This document shows, piece by piece, positions 57,518 through 64,000 of a stretch of DNA of 64,000 nucleotides. The stretch is from an uncultured bacterium (GTDB lineage Bacteria; Hydrothermota; UBA3073; NMUJ01; CBEVQO01), in the NCBI GenBank assembly GCA_965552055.1, contig CBEVQO010000003.1:32001-96000 (forward strand), read 5' to 3'. Below the pieces are notes generated by a model. The model saw nothing but the letters and a program-made list of their open reading frames with translations. It did no database searches and was not told the origin of the DNA. The number at the start of each line of letters is the position of its first letter. Position 1 is the first letter of the stretch. A program made the position numbers and the translations under genes.

Positions 57518-57527
57518 GAGTTATAAT
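57501..57527 (+). promoter_or_regulatory. Promoter TTGACT-N15-TATAAT
   Basis: -35 at 57501-57506, -10 at 57522-57527, ATGs at 57530 and 57533. Confidence 0.72.
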
Positions 57528-57529
57528 AA

Positions 57530-60500
57530 ATGATGGAGAAAATTTTATTACTGTTCCTTTTGTTAAGTCAGCCGAAACCCAAAGGTACCGTAAAAATTGC
57601 TTTTTTGCATCATGGTAATCAAACATTTGCTGATAACGGTGCTTATGCTTTGATCCCCGGAGATCCAGGATATGTAGGAAATAGTTATCATAGAATTCTT
57701 GATTCACATTTCTATTACAATATTCCTGTTGATATACATATCTCAGGACCTCTCGCACAATCTTATGCGTGGTTGAAAAATGACAATGATTTGCTGAATA
57801 GATTAAAAAATGACCTTGTATGTATAGTTGCAAGTGTGTATGGTCAAAACATAATGCCATATGCTGACCCCGAGATGAATAAGTTTGCACTCTGGTACAA
57901 AAAAATAGTAGATTCATGTCTTATAAAAAAACCGGGCTGGCAGGATTATCCGACCGTTATATGGATACCTGAGAGAGTTTGGAAAAGCCAATTGTTAATG
58001 CCTTACTCTTTAATAGAAATTTTAAACCAAGAGTATGGTAAGTATGATTCACAAGGACGCTGGATAGCACCCTGTATAATCCTTGACGATAATGTTCATG
58101 AATGGTATCCTCATACTTTTCCTTCAGGTGATACATGCTATAATCCTAATAAAGTTCATATTATGTATGACGATAATGGCTACTATGTATTTGTTATTTT
58201 CATTGATTCTTATATGAGGCACGGTTGGGTCTGGAACGATGTCAGTGACCCTGATAACTGGGTGAATCAACATCTTTGGTCTATGGCAAATTCCTGGGAT
58301 CAGTGGCAGATTGCACTTTATGGTGATGACTGGGAGAAAGCAGCAGGGGTTGCTGGTTGGGATTTCGGTCAGGCAGGAGCTCCTTCGAATTCCTATGATA
58401 ACAACATTGCCTGGGCTGCAACACAGGATTGGGTTCAATGCATACATGTATGTGAAGCTGCAAAATGGTGGGGAGTGGATGCTATTTATGATGAGAACCC
58501 ATTAAATGACCCCCCGGAAATCAAAATTCATTACGCTGCATATTCTGAACTGCATGACTGGACTGGCGGTAATTATGATAACTGGTATAATGATTTTCAT
58601 CACACAATAGCTTATGGGATTGATACTGCCAATATTAGTGATTTGAGTGGAAATGGTGTAAAAGGCGATTATGAAGACCTTTGGAAATATGGTTATAACA
58701 GGTTAATGGGGAACATTGGTCCTTCTATTCCTGACCTTACTATTGCGAAGCTGGGCTGGATTACGCTGATGGGCATGCTGTATGAAACTGCATGGCATAC
58801 AGGTCCTGGTGGTGAACTTGTTTACTGGGGCAAAAATCTCTGGAATCATACTCGTTACGCTGGATTTTTTGCAGAAGCAACTGCTTGGCTTGCATATATT
58901 GCAGATACGATAACGATAGCAAAAGTTGATTCCGGAGATTATGATTTTGATGGTGAATATGAGTATGCTATTTACAACAATAAATTATTTGCGATTTTTG
59001 AGAAAAGGGGCGGAAGGGCACTTGTAGTGGTCACTTCTGATACTCATTGTGTTGTTGGCAATCTTATGACAAACTGGGGAGGAGAGGGTGACTGGGATGA
59101 TGGTGGGCATCCTGGTCTTTTCCACGACTCTCAGGGTGAAAATTCATGGTTCACTGCAGATAGTGTGTCATCGGGCTCGACAGCTGTTCTCCTTCTTTGT
59201 GAAAAATACGACTGGTCAGGTGAGCCAGCGTCTGATTTGCAAAAAGAAATTAGATTAAAAGCAGGGAAATCGTATTTTGAAGTGAAATATCAGAGTACAT
59301 GGGATAACTGGACAAAAGCAGGGGTTACTCCTGGCCTCTGGAACATGCTATTGCATGGATATAATTTGAAATTTATATGGGGTTTATCTCCAAATGGCTG
59401 GATGTATGCCGGTTACGAAGATACTTTTAGTACCGTGAAAGCATGCTTTATGTGGGGGTCGGGTCAGGGACTTACTTATCATAATCTTTGTAAAATGTCA
59501 TCAGGTGCAGAATTAATAGAACTTGGTGGCAAATCAGGTACATATACAATCTTTTTCTATGCTGGTAAAGGTACGCCAGAGATAGACTCCATAGGTCCGG
59601 GTGACCTCGAAGGTCCGATAATTTACGGAACTTCTCAAACACCTCCTCATTCTATTCTGCCAGAAGATACTGTTTGGATACAATGTTATGTTGTTGACCC
59701 ATCTGATGTAAAAGAAGTGTTTGTGAGATATACAGACAACAACTGGGCATCTTCTTATGATGTGCAGATGCAAAAAGTTGATGATAATTTATATAAAGCA
59801 TTTATACCGCCTCATCCTTATGGAACAAAAATAGAATATTGTATATGTGCAAGAGACACATTTTTAAATGAATCATGGGATAATAACTTCTGGCAGAATT
59901 ATTCTTATACTGTAGGACTTATTACATTTGAGATGGATGGCCAGATTGATCGAATTGCTTACGAAATAAGTCAAAATGAAGGTATGCATTTGTGGATATA
60001 CTATTATGCTGATTCCTGTCAATTATATGTCGCAACAGAAGCAGCTACAGGTGAGATTTTTCATAACGACCATTTTATTTTTATATCTCTAAATCCATGT
60101 TCCTTACTTATATCACCACCATGGGCTAAGCGTGGCAAAGTAGGGTATTACGATGTTTATCTTGCAGATGAGTCAGAGAGTAATTTTGAAGGTTGGTTTA
60201 AGAGAGGCGATGTCCTTTTTGACACCATAAATTGTGCATCTTCAACCCAGGATGGAGTTTTAGAAGGAGTTATTGATCTTGACAAATTTTATGGTTTCAG
60301 ACCAGAAACTGTGTATATAGCAGTTGGAAGCTATGGCACATGGGATGGTGATTATTTACAGTGGCAGGTACCACCATCAGATACAGTTCCAGCAGATACA
60401 ATAATATCTGCAGATGAATTTGTAATCTTACCTTTACAAAGACTTAGAATAGAAGAAAAAAGAATTTTAAGAAAGCCAGAAATCAAAATTTATCCAAATC

Positions 60501-60727
60501 CTACGAAAGGCAAATTTACAATATTTTATACTATTCCGGAAGAAACAAAGATAAAAATTTCCCTTTATGATGTGAATGGGCGTCTTGTTCAAATTTTAAA
60601 AGAAGAAAAAGTCTTACCTGGTAGATATATTTTGAAAGAAAATTTAAGATTACCATCGGGAATTTACTTTGTAAGAATAGAAGGTAAAGGTTTAATAGGT
60701 ATTCAAAAACTGATCTATATAAAATGA
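57530..60727 (+). CDS. Secreted GH57-like glycoside hydrolase, multidomain, with T9SS-like C-terminal domain
   Basis: HHGNQ, HISGPL, WIPERVW, GDDWEK; WDNN..QNY starch-binding-like motif; C-terminal YPNPT..LPSGIYF. Confidence 0.72.
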   Translation: MMEKILLLFLLLSQPKPKGTVKIAFLHHGNQTFADNGAYALIPGDPGYVGNSYHRILDSHFYYNIPVDIHISGPLAQSYAWLKNDNDLLNRLKNDLVCIVASVYGQNIMPYADPEMNKFALWYKKIVDSCLIKKPGWQDYPTVIWIPERVWKSQLLMPYSLIEILNQEYGKYDSQGRWIAPCIILDDNVHEWYPHTFPSGDTCYNPNKVHIMYDDNGYYVFVIFIDSYMRHGWVWNDVSDPDNWVNQHLWSMANSWDQWQIALYGDDWEKAAGVAGWDFGQAGAPSNSYDNNIAWAATQDWVQCIHVCEAAKWWGVDAIYDENPLNDPPEIKIHYAAYSELHDWTGGNYDNWYNDFHHTIAYGIDTANISDLSGNGVKGDYEDLWKYGYNRLMGNIGPSIPDLTIAKLGWITLMGMLYETAWHTGPGGELVYWGKNLWNHTRYAGFFAEATAWLAYIADTITIAKVDSGDYDFDGEYEYAIYNNKLFAIFEKRGGRALVVVTSDTHCVVGNLMTNWGGEGDWDDGGHPGLFHDSQGENSWFTADSVSSGSTAVLLLCEKYDWSGEPASDLQKEIRLKAGKSYFEVKYQSTWDNWTKAGVTPGLWNMLLHGYNLKFIWGLSPNGWMYAGYEDTFSTVKACFMWGSGQGLTYHNLCKMSSGAELIELGGKSGTYTIFFYAGKGTPEIDSIGPGDLEGPIIYGTSQTPPHSILPEDTVWIQCYVVDPSDVKEVFVRYTDNNWASSYDVQMQKVDDNLYKAFIPPHPYGTKIEYCICARDTFLNESWDNNFWQNYSYTVGLITFEMDGQIDRIAYEISQNEGMHLWIYYYADSCQLYVATEAATGEIFHNDHFIFISLNPCSLLISPPWAKRGKVGYYDVYLADESESNFEGWFKRGDVLFDTINCASSTQDGVLEGVIDLDKFYGFRPETVYIAVGSYGTWDGDYLQWQVPPSDTVPADTIISADEFVILPLQRLRIEEKRILRKPEIKIYPNPTKGKFTIFYTIPEETKIKISLYDVNGRLVQILKEEKVLPGRYILKENLRLPSGIYFVRIEGKGLIGIQKLIYIK

Positions 60728-62316
60728 TAGCATATTTTTCGATGGAGATAGGGTTAGAATCTGACATCAAAACCTATAGTGGTGGTCTCGGCATTTTGGC
60801 AGGTGATATTTTACGCACAGCAGCAGATATCGGGGCTCCTTATGTGGGGGTAACGCTTATCTATCAAAGTGGTTATTTTCGACAAATACTTGAAGAGAAT
60901 GGAGAACAACATGCGATAGATGACGAATGGGTACCCTCTGAAAAGATGAAAAAGATAGATGATTTTGTTGAGATAAAAATAAAGAACGATGTTTTTAAAA
61001 TATCTGCATGGCTTTATGAAATAAAGGGAAAGAAGGGAGTTGTTCCTGTATATTTTCTCGATACAGGTGATGACTATCTTACCCGCTATCTTTATATGGG
61101 AAACAGAGAGTACAGGTTTCAACAGGAGATGGTACTTGGCATAGGTGGATATCGACTTTTGAAAAAACTTGGATATGATATAAAAGTTTATCATATGAAT
61201 GAAGGGCATTCCGCTCTTTTATCGCTTGAATTACTAAAAGAACAGGGTGATATTGAAAAAGTAAAGAGAAAATGTGCATTTACAACTCATACTCCTGTTC
61301 CTGCGGGTCATGATATTTTTGATTATGAAATTGTGAAAGAAAATTTACCAGAAGAAGATGCAAAATTGGTAAATAAAATAATGGGAGATAAGGAATTGAA
61401 TATGACACTGCTTGCGATGAAATTATCGGGATACATAAATGCTGTATCCAAAAGGCATCATGAAGTAACAAAAGAGATGTTCAAAGGTTTTGATATAAAT
61501 TATATAACAAATGGTGTGCATTCTTATACTTGGACATCCAAATATTTTGCAGAGCTTTACGATAAATACATACCTGAATGGAAGGAAGACCCTGAAAATC
61601 TCCAGAAAGTAGATGTAATCCCTGATGAAGAAATATGGGAGGCACATAAAAATGCAAAAAGAGATTTAATAAAATTTGTAGAAGAAAAGACAAAGGTTAA
61701 ACTTTCGGAAGACATTTTTACTGTCGTATTTGCGAAAAGAATGACGAAATGGAAAAGAGGTTATTTGATTTTTAAGGATATTGAGAAATTGAAAGAAATT
61801 GGTAGAGGTAAATTGCAAATTATTTTTGCGGGTAAAGCTCATCCTTATGATGAAGAAGGTAAAGAAGTTATAATGAAAATATTTGAAGGGATGAAAAAGT
61901 TAAAAGGAGATATAAAGTGCGTTTATTTAAAGAATTATGATATTGATATGGCAAAATATTTTGTTAGTGGTGCTGATTTGTGGTTGCAGATGCCATTACC
62001 TCCATATGAAGCTAGTAGCACAAGTGGTATGAAAGCAGCGCATAATGGAGTGCCCTTGTTATCCACGCTAGATGGGTGGTGGTGTGAAGGAAGGCGTGAA
62101 GAAGAAAACGGTTGGACTATAGAAGACGGAAATGATGATATGGCAGCAAAAAGTTTATATGAGAAACTGAAAGATATAATGAAAATTTATTATGGAGATA
62201 GAAAAAAATGGATAAAAGTTATGAAAGGAGCAATAAAATACACAGCATCGCGATTTAACACACATAGAGTTCTCAAAGAATATCTTAACGCTTTTAAAAA
62301 ATATTTACTGACTTAA
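60724..62316 (+). CDS. glgP: Alpha-glucan phosphorylase (GT35)
   Basis: YFSMEIG, YSGGLGILAGD, HMNEGH, FTTHTP, ITNGVH, AGKAHP, TSGMKAA, DGWW motifs. Confidence 0.95.
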   Translation: MIAYFSMEIGLESDIKTYSGGLGILAGDILRTAADIGAPYVGVTLIYQSGYFRQILEENGEQHAIDDEWVPSEKMKKIDDFVEIKIKNDVFKISAWLYEIKGKKGVVPVYFLDTGDDYLTRYLYMGNREYRFQQEMVLGIGGYRLLKKLGYDIKVYHMNEGHSALLSLELLKEQGDIEKVKRKCAFTTHTPVPAGHDIFDYEIVKENLPEEDAKLVNKIMGDKELNMTLLAMKLSGYINAVSKRHHEVTKEMFKGFDINYITNGVHSYTWTSKYFAELYDKYIPEWKEDPENLQKVDVIPDEEIWEAHKNAKRDLIKFVEEKTKVKLSEDIFTVVFAKRMTKWKRGYLIFKDIEKLKEIGRGKLQIIFAGKAHPYDEEGKEVIMKIFEGMKKLKGDIKCVYLKNYDIDMAKYFVSGADLWLQMPLPPYEASSTSGMKAAHNGVPLLSTLDGWWCEGRREEENGWTIEDGNDDMAAKSLYEKLKDIMKIYYGDRKKWIKVMKGAIKYTASRFNTHRVLKEYLNAFKKYLLT

Positions 62317-64000
62317 ATAAAAGCAATAAACTTTGCCATTGTAACTTCCTATGATTACTACATTGTTATTAACACTTACAACGGGATAAGATCTTATTTT
62401 AGCACCTGTATTATATTTCCAGACAATTTCTCCCGTTTGTTTGTTTACAGCGTAAAATATTCCGTTATCAGCACCAAAATAAATGTAATTTCCCCAAATT
62501 ACAGGTGCAGAATAAGTTGGTGAGCCTATATCAAGAGGATAATTCGTCCATGAATATGGATTTGGGTTTTTAAGGGTATCTATTACCCATAATTTTCCGC
62601 TTGTATCGAGGAAATAAATATAGTAAGAATCAAGGAAATCTTGCCAACATAAGGAATGGATCGGTGCCGAAACAGAGTATGTCCATACGGTATCAAAGTT
62701 TATAGGCTTCATTGCGAAAAACTTATTACCATAACTTCCAACATAAATTCTTTTTGGTACATAATCTCCCGCTGATTGTGGGAAATATTCGATCCAAGGT
62801 GGTGCTTTAACATCTCCTTCTGCATAAACTGCACCGAGCCATGTTCCATCAAAAGTTTGTATTTTGAAAATAGTATCGACATCAGAACCTATATAAAGTT
62901 CGTCTGTTAAGTTACAAATTGCAGGTGATGAGCATATGCTACCGTTCGTAGAATAAGGTGTTGTCCATGCTGGAGTGCCATCTTCTTTATTCAATGCGTA
63001 TATTTCTCCATCGGCTGTACCAAAATATACTTTTTCACCATCACAAATAACAGCTCCAACGATTGCTGAGTTTACATCATATGTCCAGAGTACCTCGTAA
63101 GATTTGCCAGTGTCTTTTACTGCGTAAATTTTTGCAGGTGTTGAGTATGTTCCAAAAAAGATTACCGAATCAAAAACTGTTGGTGTTCCTCTTATTGGTC
63201 CCGTTGCTTGGAATGTCCAATTTGTATCGCCATCCAATATTTTAATTGCGTAAAGCTTGCCATCTTCATCGCCTATGTAACAAATATTGCCATATTTTGT
63301 GGGAGAACAATTTATGTTACCGATGTATTTATCGAAAGGTTTCGGAAATACCCATTTTAGATTTCCAGCATTTCCCCAAATTACAAAACCATTTTCTTCT
63401 TTATCATAATCTTCGCCTGCTTTTGCGCCTCCGTAATTTGTTATCCAGAGCGTATCGCCCAAAGCTTTTGCAAGTCCTCCAGCAGAGCCAATCAAATATA
63501 CATTTATGGAACAGGCAGTATCTGCAAATGTGAGGCAATCAAAAGTGTCTTTGAAGTTTGTTTTTATTCTTATTTTAAGATAAATTCCCTTGTTTTTTAT
63601 TTTACCAAAATATACATTGTTAAAGTTTATAATGCTGACAAGTGAATCTATAAATATTGCGACTGAGTCGAGGAAATCGAGATTTAAGTGAGTTATATCA
63701 ATATCTCCTTTTATCAATTCTAATTTACAAAGATTATTCTCGTCGATTCCTCTTATTAAAGGAGGTTCAGTTCCGTATGCTGTTATTTTTGCCAGAGAAC
63801 TTACTAAATTGATTTTGCCATTTAGTTTTATGACTGCACCATCTGATAAAGAGAGTAATGCTCTACCGCCAACTCTTATTGATTCTGCAACAAAAAGTGT
63901 CGAAGGTGAAGAAAAATTGAGCTTTCCGTTGAGTCTCAATACATTCACTTTAAGATTATGAGAATTTAATACAAGATATTTATTAATCTGATCAATTGTC
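62305..64000 (-). CDS. PQQ-like/BamB-type beta-propeller repeat protein, 3' part (5' end beyond window)
   Basis: Repeats such as YFGTADGEIYAL...G...W; reading frame open to the window end. Confidence 0.8.
   Translation of the reverse strand, partial: TIDQINKYLVLNSHNLKVNVLRLNGKLNFSSPSTLFVAESIRVGGRALLSLSDGAVIKLNGKINLVSSLAKITAYGTEPPLIRGIDENNLCKLELIKGDIDITHLNLDFLDSVAIFIDSLVSIINFNNVYFGKIKNKGIYLKIRIKTNFKDTFDCLTFADTACSINVYLIGSAGGLAKALGDTLWITNYGGAKAGEDYDKEENGFVIWGNAGNLKWVFPKPFDKYIGNINCSPTKYGNICYIGDEDGKLYAIKILDGDTNWTFQATGPIRGTPTVFDSVIFFGTYSTPAKIYAVKDTGKSYEVLWTYDVNSAIVGAVICDGEKVYFGTADGEIYALNKEDGTPAWTTPYSTNGSICSSPAICNLTDELYIGSDVDTIFKIQTFDGTWLGAVYAEGDVKAPPWIEYFPQSAGDYVPKRIYVGSYGNKFFAMKPINFDTVWTYSVSAPIHSLCWQDFLDSYYIYFLDTSGKLWVIDTLKNPNPYSWTNYPLDIGSPTYSAPVIWGNYIYFGADNGIFYAVNKQTGEIVWKYNTGAKIRSYPVVSVNNNVVIIGSYNGKVYCFYLSQ

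Noticed and set aside
779..63533. Numerous 60-225 aa ORFs antisense to or out of frame within longer genes (e.g. 18659-19336, 24673-25116, 35069-35539, 57486-57917)
   Set aside because: Shadow ORFs of well-supported genes, with Ser/Phe/Ile-rich antisense composition and no motifs
1..64000. Alternative genetic code or selenocysteine recoding
   Set aside because: Conserved genes are full length under code 11, and TGA serves as stop in many ATGA overlaps

Overview
AT-rich, gene-dense bacterial chromosome segment (standard genetic code, many ATGA-type overlaps). The organism is a diderm: it has SurA-like chaperones, candidate beta-barrels, lipoproteins and Por/T9SS- or FlgD-Ig-like C-terminal domains. 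It also carries several archaeal-type enzymes. These traits resemble a thermophilic FCB-related lineage such as candidate phylum WOR-3 (inference only). Content in order: partial dnaX with tRNA-Lys and tRNA-Ala; cheR-mgtE; DUF4416-mutL; hom; a minus-strand operon (mfd, 3 PPIases, pdxA, split transketolase, ATPase, creatininase, dipeptide epimerase); a 1532-aa sacsin/NO VEIN-like candidate defence protein; DUF5618; a repeat-rich intergenic region; a Clp ATPase; a Wzx/Wzy glycan locus; a dehydrogenase-lyase-LeuCD-like operon; a secreted CocE-like fusion; gcvT; FBP aldolase/phosphatase; an ~18 kb alpha-glucan locus; and a partial beta-propeller gene. Most notable: (1) 13 promoters with TTGACA and TATAAT-like hexamers spaced by 15 bp rather than 17, most apparently leaderless; (2) a starch/glycogen locus without SusC/SusD or LamB, built on two paralogous unknown beta-barrels (one fused to CBM48), CBM lipoproteins, an ABC transporter, GH13, a GH57-like enzyme and a phosphorylase; (3) a 13-bp GC-rich inverted repeat bracketing a small membrane-protein gene; (4) very short signal peptides; (5) a nuclease-like/DUF2281 antitoxin fusion with a PIN toxin; (6) an intergenic palindromic repeat family. 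All family calls come from motif recognition by eye; no searches were run.
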